From assembly GCA_030688315.1 (NCBI GenBank), contig JAUYIT010000017.1, positions 2,845 to 66,844 of the forward strand: a stretch of 64,000 bases of DNA, read 5' to 3'. The translations under genes and the position numbers were made by a program. Each line of letters starts with the position of its first letter. The first letter of the stretch is position 1. This DNA is from Candidatus Komeilibacteria bacterium (GTDB lineage Bacteria > Patescibacteriota > Patescibacteriia > UBA1558 > UBA10009). Of the stretch, positions 46,113-55,268 are shown one piece after another. The notes below the pieces were generated by a model, which was not told the DNA's origin, ran no database searches, and saw nothing but the letters and a program-made list of their open reading frames with translations.

Positions 46113-47636
46113 ATGCCGATCAAGTTTTCTCGCAAAACATCAGTCAACGGTTATATTAAAGCGCTCTGGATTTTAGGCGCGCTGTTAATAATTGTTTTAG
46201 TTGTGCAAAGCGCCGGTTTGCCTAAAAAATACGGCAGTTTGTTTTTGGAACAGGTTTTTAAACAACCTCTTAAAATCGCGGCCACTTACGCCCAGCTGGT
46301 AGATTCGTTTGATGAAAATTTAACCGTGATTAAATGGCTCGGGGGGTTTGACAAGGAACGGGTTTATCTGGTGTTTTTTCAAAACACCGCGGAATTAAGG
46401 CCCACCGGCGGCTTTTGGGGCAGTTACGGCCTGTTAAAAGTTAAAGATGGCGCCATCACTTCATTGGTCATCGACGATATTTATCATTTGGACGATAAAA
46501 CCGTTAAGGCCCTGCCCCAAAAGCCGCCTCAGCCCCTGGCCGAGCATTTACAGGTCAAACAGTGGTTTATGCGCGATTTAAACTGGTCGCCGGATTTTGC
46601 TCAAACAGCTCGCTTGGCTTTGGCTTTTTACCGTTACTTGGACCCGCGGGGGAGTGTAATTCAAGAATCGCCTCAATCACAACCGTTGCAAGTAGATGGC
46701 GTGATTGCCGTTAACCCCAGTTTTATTTCCGAGCTGTTAAAAAAATACGGTTCGTTGGAAATTGATAATCAGCTTTATGAAGCCGATAATTTTTTGGCTA
46801 AAACCCAGTTTCAAACCAGCATCGGTTTTAGGGAAAAAAGGGTCAGCGATTGGGAGCGCAAGGAATTTTTACAGGAGTTGGCTGATAAGTTAATCGCTAA
46901 AATCGCGGCCACAAGCGGCGGTTTTAGCCTTGATGACTGGAAGGACTGGCAGCATTTTTGGCTGATGAATACGGCTCAAAAAAATCTTTTGCTTTACAGC
47001 GCGGAGCCGAGCATTCAAAGCTTTTTGGTAGCCAAAAATTGGGCGGGCGCTTTAAGGCAAAATCCGACGGGGGATTACCTGATGGTGGCGGACGCCAATC
47101 TGGCCAGCTTAAAAACCGACCCGGAAATTGAACGAAAAATCGTTCATCAAGTGGAGGTCGGCGATATCGGCCATTTGGTGACCACGCAAATTACCTATGT
47201 CCACCACGGACAGTTTGACTGGCGCACCACTCGGTATCGCACTTATGTCAGAGTTTACGTGCCTTTGGGCGTTGAACTTAAATCGGCTACGGTTAAAAAA
47301 GCTAATCAGGATGTTGTTGTTACCGACTCGATTAAGGTCAGTCAGGAACTTAATAAAACCGTGTTTGGCTATTTTTTATCAACCGAACCGCAAAGCGAAC
47401 AGACATTAATTTTGACCTACGTTTTACCTCAAATGGGTCCGGACAATTATTCTTTGCTGGTTCAAAAACAACCCGGAGCGGGCAGGCAAACAATTAGTTT
47501 GGAATACCAGGGTCCTCAAGCTGTGAGCCAGAACAATTGGCCGGGCCAGTATCACTTGAATCAAAATAAATTTATCGGCGACCCCGTGGACTTTGTACAG
47601 GATTTGGAGTTCAACCTGAATTTAGCGGACCGATAA
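46113..47636 (+). CDS. DUF4012-like membrane-anchored protein
   Basis: 507 aa with an N-terminal TM helix. The ELRPTGGFWGSYGLLKV segment resembles the conserved DUF4012 motif. Confidence 0.45.
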   Translation: MPIKFSRKTSVNGYIKALWILGALLIIVLVVQSAGLPKKYGSLFLEQVFKQPLKIAATYAQLVDSFDENLTVIKWLGGFDKERVYLVFFQNTAELRPTGGFWGSYGLLKVKDGAITSLVIDDIYHLDDKTVKALPQKPPQPLAEHLQVKQWFMRDLNWSPDFAQTARLALAFYRYLDPRGSVIQESPQSQPLQVDGVIAVNPSFISELLKKYGSLEIDNQLYEADNFLAKTQFQTSIGFREKRVSDWERKEFLQELADKLIAKIAATSGGFSLDDWKDWQHFWLMNTAQKNLLLYSAEPSIQSFLVAKNWAGALRQNPTGDYLMVADANLASLKTDPEIERKIVHQVEVGDIGHLVTTQITYVHHGQFDWRTTRYRTYVRVYVPLGVELKSATVKKANQDVVVTDSIKVSQELNKTVFGYFLSTEPQSEQTLILTYVLPQMGPDNYSLLVQKQPGAGRQTISLEYQGPQAVSQNNWPGQYHLNQNKFIGDPVDFVQDLEFNLNLADR

Positions 47637-47640
47637 TTTA

Positions 47641-48852
47641 TTAGTAGTAATTTTTTAGAGTGCTGCTGCTGATGGCCTGGGCATAGATGACCATCAGTTT
47701 TTCGTAATATTTGTCGGCACTGTATTGGCGGGAAGCGTTTAAGCTGTTGGTGGATAAATTAACTGTCAGTTTAGGATTAAAATCAAATTGTTTTAAAATA
47801 CCCGGCAGTTCCTGATAGTTGGCAAATAAAAAGCCGTTGTGTTTATGCCTGATCAATTCTTGGAGTCCGCCTACGTTTTTGGCAATCACCGGGGTGCCTA
47901 GGGCCATAGCTTCCAAAACAATGTAGGGGCAGTTTTCGGGCCAGAGCGAGGGAATAATTACGGCTTTGGCGCGGCTGATCATCATTTTTAAGTCAGCATT
48001 GTCCAGGTGTCCTAGTAGCTCAATGTTTTTGTTTATTGGTCCCGTTAAATCGCCACTGCCGGCGATTTTTAAATTCCAGTTTGGGTGGCTGTTAAAAAAA
48101 TCAATCAGCTGGTTAATGCCTTTTTCGGGAGTCAGCCGGCCGGCGTAAAGGTAAAAATTTTCTTTGGGGGCCAAGCTTAACCCCGCGATTTGGGCCGGTA
48201 AAAAATTAGGCAGATGTTTTATTTTGGCGGGATCAAAACCGAATTGGGTAAATTTTTGAGCCAAATAATAACTGGGCGCGATCAACGCGTCGATTTTTTG
48301 GTAAACTTTCCGCTTATAGTTGTAATAGCTTTCTAGCGCGGCTATCCCGCTTTTAACCCAGGACGACTGGTAACAGCGGTGGGTAAAGCAGGCGCCGAAT
48401 TTTTTTCTTAAGGCGGCCTGCCAGCAATCATGTTTAGGGGAGTACAGGTTGTAATTGGGGCTGATCAACTGGTAATCGTGCAAAGTCATTACTTGTGGGA
48501 TTTGTTTTTTAAAAAAGTAATCAATAATGCCCGTACCGATTTGGTAGTTGATGTTGTTTAAATGCGCCAAATCTGGTTGCCACCAGCGGGTTAATTGGTC
48601 AAGCTTGGTTTTTATTTCCGAACGGTAAAAAATTTTGGGCAATTCGGCAATTTTTTGGAGTAAAGGCAGGGCTTCTAAATTATCATGGCCGATAAAAAAA
48701 CTACTGTCGGCGTGTGGCAGGTTAACTGTACTGTTGGCGGCGATAACTCTGACTTCATGGCCCTGATCAGTCAGCATTTTTTCCAACGACAGGACGTATT
48801 TTTCAGCACCGCCCTTAAGGTAGTAAAATTTGTTGACCAATAATATTTTCAT
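47641..48852 (-). CDS. GT4 glycosyltransferase
   Basis: 403 aa with ENCPYIVLEAMALGTPVIAKNVGG E-x7-E motif. Confidence 0.8.
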   Translation of the reverse strand: MKILLVNKFYYLKGGAEKYVLSLEKMLTDQGHEVRVIAANSTVNLPHADSSFFIGHDNLEALPLLQKIAELPKIFYRSEIKTKLDQLTRWWQPDLAHLNNINYQIGTGIIDYFFKKQIPQVMTLHDYQLISPNYNLYSPKHDCWQAALRKKFGACFTHRCYQSSWVKSGIAALESYYNYKRKVYQKIDALIAPSYYLAQKFTQFGFDPAKIKHLPNFLPAQIAGLSLAPKENFYLYAGRLTPEKGINQLIDFFNSHPNWNLKIAGSGDLTGPINKNIELLGHLDNADLKMMISRAKAVIIPSLWPENCPYIVLEAMALGTPVIAKNVGGLQELIRHKHNGFLFANYQELPGILKQFDFNPKLTVNLSTNSLNASRQYSADKYYEKLMVIYAQAISSSTLKNYY

Positions 48853-49948
48853 AGTATAACTTTAAGTACATATTTTCGTGGTGCTTAACGGTTTTTTTAA
48901 TATCAAATTGCTTAAGCGCTTTGCGTCTGGCATTTTTTCTGACTTTTTCCAGAAGGCCGGTTTCCTGGCGTAAATTATTAATCAGCCGAGCCAGGTCCAG
49001 ATAATCGCCGTTTTTGAAAAAAAAGCCGGTTTGATAATCGCTGATTACGCTCATTAAACCGCCGGTTCTGGCGGCAATAACCGGAATGCCGCAGGCCATG
49101 GCCTCGGCCGCCACCAAACCAAAACCTTCCCATTTTGAAGGAATAATTAAAAAATCCAACTGGTGGAAAAAGTCCCTGACTTTTACTCCTGGGGTTTCCC
49201 AAATCAACTGGCGTTGAACGTTTAAATCGGCCGCTAGCTGGGTTAAGGGCTCTTTTAATGATCCTTCGCCCTTAATGATTAAATGCGCCTTAAGGCCCAT
49301 TTTTTTTAGCTCTAGCAGGGCTTTAAAGGCCACCTCATGGCCTTTTTGCTCTTCCAGCCGGCCAAGGATCCCTAGCCGCACAGGATTTTGCGGGCAATAG
49401 TCGTTTTTATAGGGGAAGCGCGAAAAATCAATGCCGTTATGAATGACGGTTATTTTTGATTCTTTAATTTTTTCGTGGCAGATTTGGTAATCTTTGACTT
49501 CGTCGGAAACGGCGATAATTTTATCCGAAACCAAACTTAGAATTTTTTTGAGGATTTTTTTGGACCGGCCTTCATCAAGATTAATGTTATGTTCGGTGGA
49601 AACGATAATCGGTATTTTAGCCAGCCAGGCCGCCAAACGGCCCCAGGTATCGCCGGCAAACAAGTGGGTATGGACCACGGCAATGCGCTGGGCCTGCAGA
49701 TATTTTTTAATTTGCCATAAGGTACCTAGGCCCAGTTTGCTGGTTTTATGGAAAATTTTTACGGTCACGCCTGTTTTGGTAAACCAAGGCAGCAAATCGC
49801 CCGAACCCATTACGGTCAGCAAATGGATCTCGTAGATCTCTTTAGGCAGGTGCTTGATAATATCCAAAACCATTCGTTCGGCGCCGCCCCACGATAAACC
49901 GCAAACAATAAAAGCAAGTTTAATTTTGTCGGGCATTTTTTGTACCAT
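48815..49948 (-). CDS. GT4 glycosyltransferase
   Basis: 377 aa with EGFGLVAAEAMACGIPVIAARTGG E-x7-E motif. Confidence 0.8.
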   Translation of the reverse strand: MVQKMPDKIKLAFIVCGLSWGGAERMVLDIIKHLPKEIYEIHLLTVMGSGDLLPWFTKTGVTVKIFHKTSKLGLGTLWQIKKYLQAQRIAVVHTHLFAGDTWGRLAAWLAKIPIIVSTEHNINLDEGRSKKILKKILSLVSDKIIAVSDEVKDYQICHEKIKESKITVIHNGIDFSRFPYKNDYCPQNPVRLGILGRLEEQKGHEVAFKALLELKKMGLKAHLIIKGEGSLKEPLTQLAADLNVQRQLIWETPGVKVRDFFHQLDFLIIPSKWEGFGLVAAEAMACGIPVIAARTGGLMSVISDYQTGFFFKNGDYLDLARLINNLRQETGLLEKVRKNARRKALKQFDIKKTVKHHENMYLKLYYENIIGQQILLP

Positions 49949-51353
49949 ATATGTTAATTGCGGCCGCTAAAATTCCCAGTGGCAGCCACATTTTGGCGGT
50001 AAAGTATGAAGTAGTAAATAATTGCAGGGTGACGGCGCTGGCCGCGGCAATTAGGGCGTAGCCAATGATAATCTGGCAGGATAAATTTTTTCGCTTAATA
50101 AAGATCTTTATCTTTTTGCCAAAAAACCAGATCAAAAAAATTATAAACGTGGCTAGGCCCAGCCAGCCGGTTTCGGCTAAAATTTTTAACGGCCAGCCGT
50201 GCGCTTCCAGATTGCCGCCAAATTCCCTTACAAAAAACGGATCGCGGTTGATAATTTCCATAAAACTGCCCGGACCCGCTCCTAAATAAGGGCTAAATGA
50301 TAAGGTGTCCCAGCCGATTTGCCATTGCAATAACCGGTTGGTGTTGGATAAACTAACTTCATTGCTGGTTAAAAAGGGGATAGCGATTAGAATTACGACC
50401 AATAAAGTTAACAAAACCGGCCGGGCCAATTTTTTATAAACATTTTTAAGGCGGTTTTTTAAATTGAACTGATGTTTAGCTTCAATGTTTAACAAAATTA
50501 CCGTCAGGCCGATTACCAGTGCTAAGGCCAGCCAGCCGCCCCGGGATAGGGTCAACAAACTGACTAGGCCTATAAAAATTACCGCGGCCAACAGTTTGTT
50601 TTTTAATTTGGGTTGGTAACCTCTTAGTTTTATCAGAATCATACCCAAGGGAATGGCGGGAATCAGTAGTTCCGCCAACAAATTATGATTGCTGCCCAGA
50701 GGGGCGAAGTTGTTTAAAAAAAACGGGGTTAGGCGTGGAATACTGTGCCAGTCAAAATTGTATAAATATTGTAAAAAACTTAAAACCGCTATTAAAAGGC
50801 AAGTAAAGAAATAAATTTTAATCAGGCGGATAAAATGCTGATGTTGGGTAATTACGTTAACGATCAAAAAAATATAGACCAGGTAGCTTAAAATGATAAA
50901 TCTGGTTAAGTATTTTAAACCTTCCGGAATAAAAAAGCTTTGAGTGGCTGAAATTACGGCAATTACCAAAAATAAACCAAACGCGCCTAGCGCGGGCCAG
51001 TTAATTTTTTTTATGGTTTTAAGTTGATTGTGGCCGTAGTTTTCCCTGATGATTTTCCACAACCAGGCTAATAAAATAACTATGCCTAGTAAATCGGCTG
51101 GCGGCGCGCTGACGGTTGAGGTCAAATGGATCTGCCAGTTGATAAAAGGGGAAAGGGCAATTAAAGCCAGAACCGCTTGGGGTAAATAATAGCTTATCCA
51201 GCGCGTAATAAAAATTAACAGCAATAATAGGATTAAAAAGGTTTTTACTTCAGCATTCAAAAAAAATAAAATAAAACTAAATAAAACCAGGCCGATTAAA
51301 ATCAACCAAGTATGTTTGTTAAAAAGGTTTTCCGTAAAATAGTTTGCTAGCAT
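49920..51353 (-). CDS. O-antigen ligase/polymerase-like (Wzy_C) membrane protein
   Basis: 477 aa, about 12 TM helices, with a LSRGGWLALALVIGL loop typical of Wzy_C. Confidence 0.6.
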   Translation of the reverse strand: MLANYFTENLFNKHTWLILIGLVLFSFILFFLNAEVKTFLILLLLLIFITRWISYYLPQAVLALIALSPFINWQIHLTSTVSAPPADLLGIVILLAWLWKIIRENYGHNQLKTIKKINWPALGAFGLFLVIAVISATQSFFIPEGLKYLTRFIILSYLVYIFLIVNVITQHQHFIRLIKIYFFTCLLIAVLSFLQYLYNFDWHSIPRLTPFFLNNFAPLGSNHNLLAELLIPAIPLGMILIKLRGYQPKLKNKLLAAVIFIGLVSLLTLSRGGWLALALVIGLTVILLNIEAKHQFNLKNRLKNVYKKLARPVLLTLLVVILIAIPFLTSNEVSLSNTNRLLQWQIGWDTLSFSPYLGAGPGSFMEIINRDPFFVREFGGNLEAHGWPLKILAETGWLGLATFIIFLIWFFGKKIKIFIKRKNLSCQIIIGYALIAAASAVTLQLFTTSYFTAKMWLPLGILAAAINIYGTKNARQN

Positions 51354-51369
51354 ATGTTTTGAAAAAAAG

Positions 51370-51407
51370 TGCCGACTGAAAGTTGTTGTTGAACAACTTT
51401 CAGTCGG
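51370..51407 (-). terminator. strong rho-independent terminator (17-bp perfect stem) for the minus-strand 3-gene block
   Basis: gccgactgaaagttgtt gttg aacaactttcagtcggc. On the minus strand it is followed by actttttttc. Confidence 0.7.
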
Positions 51408-51437
51408 CTTGATGCTTGCGTGTTCTGCTCAAGATGA

Positions 51438-52247
51438 CTATTCGCCACCAAAGTAGATGGTAATTTCTTCCTGATTCATTAGCCCTGTTGGCTGGGAAAT
51501 TGAACCGTCGGCGTTAAAGGTGTATGATGGCTGGATGATTTCATTGTCATCCAAACTGTACCACCTAACCTGGTAGGTCCCGATGATGTTTTCCGTGTTG
51601 TAGCGCCTGACCAGAGCGTAAATGAGCAGATCTTCAGGATTAAGAGGTTCCTGGTACTGTTCATCCACATCCCGAGACACTACAAAGTATTTACCCGGTA
51701 CACAGCCGAACCAGGCGCCGTGTTCAGATTCGTCCCAGTTGTTAACGGATCCTTGCCAGCGGTCGCTTTGTTCTTGCTGATCCCAGAAAAAGGTAACTTC
51801 GTGAGTTGGACCGGTTACGTCCTGTCGCAAAACCTCTCTGTCTCTGTTGATGCGAAATCTAAAGTAACTGCCGTTGCGGTCAATCTGTTCGTTGGTTAGG
51901 CGCGTGTTGCCGCCGCCAAAGTTGACGTAGATAGTTCTTAGTAGTTCGCCTTGCAGACCTTCGTACTTTAAAGAGACAAAGATCCATGAACCTGTGCGGA
52001 CGCGATAGCCGCCGTTACTTAGCAGTTGATAACTGCTGTATTTGGGATTGGTTATTGATCCCGCGATTACAATCGGCTCGTCGGCCTGATTGATTTCGAT
52101 CGGGTTTCCGTATTTATCCTCGATCAGCAGTTTCATGCCTTCGACCTCGTCCTCCTGCGGCTCCGTGCCCCAGTCGCTTTTGTTGCAACCGGTGGTGGTT
52201 GCGAGTAGGACTGCCAGCATTAGCAGTCCAAGTGTGAATCGTAACAT
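51438..52247 (-). CDS. putative lipoprotein of unknown function (GC-rich island gene 3)
   Basis: Start chosen at MLRFTLGLLMLAVLLATTTGC (signal peptide plus lipobox) with GAGG 8 nt upstream. The ORF track extends to 52346. W/Y/G/R-rich, no recognised family. Confidence 0.45.
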   Translation of the reverse strand: MLRFTLGLLMLAVLLATTTGCNKSDWGTEPQEDEVEGMKLLIEDKYGNPIEINQADEPIVIAGSITNPKYSSYQLLSNGGYRVRTGSWIFVSLKYEGLQGELLRTIYVNFGGGNTRLTNEQIDRNGSYFRFRINRDREVLRQDVTGPTHEVTFFWDQQEQSDRWQGSVNNWDESEHGAWFGCVPGKYFVVSRDVDEQYQEPLNPEDLLIYALVRRYNTENIIGTYQVRWYSLDDNEIIQPSYTFNADGSISQPTGLMNQEEITIYFGGE

Positions 52248-52278
52248 TTTGTTACCTCGTGTTTGGTGTGGTTGGTGG

Positions 52279-52848
52279 TCAATTCGACGGTTTTGAGTAG
52301 AATCTGGAATTTCCACGTCGGTTTTTGGAATCGGGTTCGTTGACATCGGTCAACGTTTGAAGAGGATCAGGGGTCCAGAGCACGCCTGGTCCGTCCGAAA
52401 TTATGATCTGGTAGTCATACAAAATATCGTACCAGATTGGCACGTTATCTATCCCGTATAGACCATTACCCAGGTGGGTGAGTTTGTACCAGCGGTCTTT
52501 GTTCCAATTTAGACCGTACACGTCAATTACGCCATCGGGTTTGGCAAAACGATGACCGGCCAGATAGATTTCCGTTTTGGCCGGGTCAAAACCCGTTACC
52601 AGCGGTTTACCATCGGGAGAGATTCGCACCTTTGTGCGAAAGTCCGAACTTGCCGGAAGTGATTTGTTATCCAGCGCATTTTTTAGGTCATATCGGAACG
52701 TGATTTTGATCACGGGTCCTTCGGTTCCAGTGCCAATTTCACCGAAGGTGATTGAAGCCGGGGTTGCGGGCCGGCTTTGAGCCTGCAGATTGTCCGCTCC
52801 GCTGATTAGCAAAGCGAACGCCAGTGAGAGTGCGTAGAATATACGCAT
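52279..52848 (-). CDS. secreted protein of unknown function (GC-rich island gene 2)
   Basis: 189 aa with signal peptide MRIFYALSLAFALLISGADNLQA. A strong SD (AAGGAG) lies 7 nt upstream. Confidence 0.45.
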   Translation of the reverse strand: MRIFYALSLAFALLISGADNLQAQSRPATPASITFGEIGTGTEGPVIKITFRYDLKNALDNKSLPASSDFRTKVRISPDGKPLVTGFDPAKTEIYLAGHRFAKPDGVIDVYGLNWNKDRWYKLTHLGNGLYGIDNVPIWYDILYDYQIIISDGPGVLWTPDPLQTLTDVNEPDSKNRRGNSRFYSKPSN

Positions 52849-52865
52849 GTTGTTCTCCTTCAGTT

Positions 52866-54239
52866 TTAGTTTTTGATTTCTGTTCGTTTGTAGAACTGGA
52901 AGCCCAGGCAGAATTCAACGCCGACGTATCCGCCGAAGTAGCCGTAGCCGGCTTCTCCGATCAATGATAGCCAATTATCTCTGCCCCAAGGCCTAAAGTA
53001 CTCGATTAATGCTCCCGCTCGGCGGTAAGAGTAATCGGGTTCAAAAGTTTTGCCGCCGCCTTCATGAAAGAATTCGGCGCCAAGATAGATATCACCGCCG
53101 GCCTTGTGCCACATCAAGCGCTCTAAGCGGGCGCGATCCCAAAAGTAACCGTAAAAGTTATTTTGGGGATCTTCGGTCAGCTTAAAGAAGATGAGGCCAA
53201 GTTTCCACTTGCCGCGAATGATAATGGCCTCAAGTTCTGTATCCAGGCCATCATTTTTTCTGCCATCATACCAGCTTTTGCCGGCATTAAAGTAGAAAAT
53301 ATGCAGGGGAATCGGTTCCAGGCGCAAGCCAAGCTTGTAGCCATAGGTTCGATTCATACCCCGGTAGCTGAAGTCGCCCGGGTGGCCAGAGGGATCATAG
53401 CTTGCCTGCCCGCTATTAAAAGCTTTAGCCGACAAACTCAAAATCCTTGAGCAAACCGGATACCAAATAACTCTACCGCCAGGAATCTGGAGGTAAGGAT
53501 AGTTGCCTACTATTCCCGTAGAGTTATAAAATTCCATCTCCCACCTTAAACATTCCTTGATCTGCGGTGTAAACACCGGCGGTTCAATGAATGTGGATAT
53601 AGCGGGTTTGGGTACAATTACTGGCGGTGGAGGTGGCGGAGCCACATAGACAAAAAAGGTTTCTCGGGCGGTTTTTGACCACCCGATGTTGTTGCACGCC
53701 TTAAAGTGAAGCAACGTCCAAGTGGTTTTGCTTACCACCCAGCCGCTATCCACCCTAAGTGAGTCCGTTTGCCAGACCAGATAGGCCACTGCCCACAGTT
53801 TCTGGTCAGGAATATTGATCCAGGCGCAAACAACGCTGTCCTTGATATCACGGACGGTTCCGTCATCCCTTAACCCAAACGATAGCTGTTCCAAATAGCC
53901 ACCGTTGGGGATGGAGACGGAATCGATCGCTTGGCTATGCGCCAGATGGGTGATAAACCCTCTGGTTTCCGCCTCGGGGTATCTTTCCACTCGACCCAGT
54001 TCGCTTAACTGGTCTTTGGCGTTTTTAGGCGCGTAAGGCAAGTCGGGCGCGTCCAGGCCGATGGCTAGGCACCATTCGGCTTTGATTTGCGGCGGCACGC
54101 GCAAGTTTCTGACCTCGGCTACGCCCAGGCCGGATTTGTTGCCGCCAACTACTTTCCAGGGGTAAAGCTTTGCTTCAGCTGTTGACCCAAGAAAGGCCAA
54201 AGCCAGGCAAACCAGTCCTCCTGTTTTTAGAACTTTCAT
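52866..54239 (-). CDS. secreted protein with poly-proline linker and beta-barrel-like aromatic-rich C-terminal domain (GC-rich island gene 1)
   Basis: 457 aa with a signal peptide and a PPPPPPVIVPKP linker. The C-terminal 200 aa have alternating hydrophobic/aromatic patterns (GYGYFGGYVGVEFCLGFQF). GAGGA lies 5 nt upstream. Confidence 0.45.
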   Translation of the reverse strand: MKVLKTGGLVCLALAFLGSTAEAKLYPWKVVGGNKSGLGVAEVRNLRVPPQIKAEWCLAIGLDAPDLPYAPKNAKDQLSELGRVERYPEAETRGFITHLAHSQAIDSVSIPNGGYLEQLSFGLRDDGTVRDIKDSVVCAWINIPDQKLWAVAYLVWQTDSLRVDSGWVVSKTTWTLLHFKACNNIGWSKTARETFFVYVAPPPPPPVIVPKPAISTFIEPPVFTPQIKECLRWEMEFYNSTGIVGNYPYLQIPGGRVIWYPVCSRILSLSAKAFNSGQASYDPSGHPGDFSYRGMNRTYGYKLGLRLEPIPLHIFYFNAGKSWYDGRKNDGLDTELEAIIIRGKWKLGLIFFKLTEDPQNNFYGYFWDRARLERLMWHKAGGDIYLGAEFFHEGGGKTFEPDYSYRRAGALIEYFRPWGRDNWLSLIGEAGYGYFGGYVGVEFCLGFQFYKRTEIKN

Positions 54240-54435
54240 GGGTTCCTCGCTTTCTGGATTGTTTTTGGTGAGTTGATCGCTTTAACTATCTCCTAGACAC
54301 GCTAAGAAATAGTTTAGCAACCAACTCAATGTCAATGTGCTTTTTGCGCGTAGTAAAAAATAAAATTTTACCGCCCGCAAATGGCGCATTGGAAGTTTTA
54401 TGCATAATTGCAATTTAATGAAAATTACCGCCTTA

Positions 54436-55044
54436 TCATTTTAAAGACCGGTTAAAATTCAAGTAAATATGAAGATAGGCCAAAGCCAGGCCAGTTAGCC
54501 CCGCAAGGATTAAATTTAAAAGAAAATTGGGACGGGCCGGATAACGCGAGGAAAGGGGAGGGTTAACCAGTTTTAGGCGGATGTTTTCGCCTCCGCCATG
54601 AAACTCATCGCCTTGTGCCAGTAGGGTTTGGATAATGGCATAATTAAGATTGACCGCGTTTTGCGGCACCGGGTCATAAACGCTTATTTCCAGCAAGGAA
54701 TTAACGGCCCTAGCTTCAACTTTTCTTTCCCATTGCTGTCTTTTTTTAGCTTCATCAACCTCTAAAAAATTTAAAGGCACAATGGGCTGGGTTTCCTGCA
54801 AAACAGCCACAAATGAAGCGGTGCCGATAATTTCGGCCAGATTTTGGCTTAATTTTTCGGAAGCGCGCGCCGCCGAATACGCGTCCAAATTGGGCAAAAT
54901 TTTATGAATTACCAAAATTTGCGAATTAGCCCGGTATTCCAACGGCTGCAGCAAAGTTAAACCAACCGCTAAAACAGCTGCGATCAACGGATAAACCAGG
55001 TAAATCCTCCACCAATTCCTGTTAGGTTCTAAAAATTCGCTCAT
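54436..55044 (-). CDS. short polysaccharide co-polymerase (Wzz/chain-length determinant)-like protein
   Basis: 202 aa with TM helices at both ends, a soluble middle domain and a proline-rich PPLSSRYPARP motif before TM2 as in PCP proteins. Confidence 0.45.
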   Translation of the reverse strand: MSEFLEPNRNWWRIYLVYPLIAAVLAVGLTLLQPLEYRANSQILVIHKILPNLDAYSAARASEKLSQNLAEIIGTASFVAVLQETQPIVPLNFLEVDEAKKRQQWERKVEARAVNSLLEISVYDPVPQNAVNLNYAIIQTLLAQGDEFHGGGENIRLKLVNPPLSSRYPARPNFLLNLILAGLTGLALAYLHIYLNFNRSLK

Positions 55045-55069
55045 ATTAGATAAAAATCTTTACAATTTC

Positions 55070-55097
55070 ATTTTACACTTAATGTATATATTGTCAA
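55070..55097 (-). promoter_or_regulatory. sigma70-like promoter (TTGACA, 16-nt spacer, TAAAAT) for the Wzz-like gene
   Basis: The hexamers are read on the minus strand in the divergent intergenic region. Confidence 0.35.
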
Positions 55098-55108
55098 ATA
55101 AGTAACTT

Positions 55109-55137
55109 TTGTACATTTTATCAATTTGCGCTATACT
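55109..55137 (+). promoter_or_regulatory. sigma70-like promoter (TTGTAC, 17-nt spacer, TATACT) with a leader of about 125 nt for the 55269 GT gene
   Basis: Good hexamers with ideal spacing. The long GC-containing leader has unknown structure. Confidence 0.4.
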
Positions 55138-55268
55138 AACTTCAGTGGCGATCCGGGTAAAAATGCGGTCGGCCCGATAATGGCTAAGGTAGGCGGTTAT
55201 AAGGTAAAAGTTTTGGGGTTAAGCGTGATTTAAGTAAAAACAAGCATAAAATTTAGAGTGTATAAGCT

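Noticed and set aside
54240-54435. Search for direct repeats or att-like sequences flanking the 51438-54239 block.
   Set aside because: Visual comparison of 51354-51437 with 54240-54435 showed no convincing shared repeat. The island boundaries therefore remain compositional only.
55144-55268. Possible riboswitch in the 125-nt leader of the 55269 glycosyltransferase gene.
   Set aside because: No recognisable riboswitch consensus, such as a glmS, c-di-GMP or SAM core, could be identified by eye. It is noted only as a long leader.
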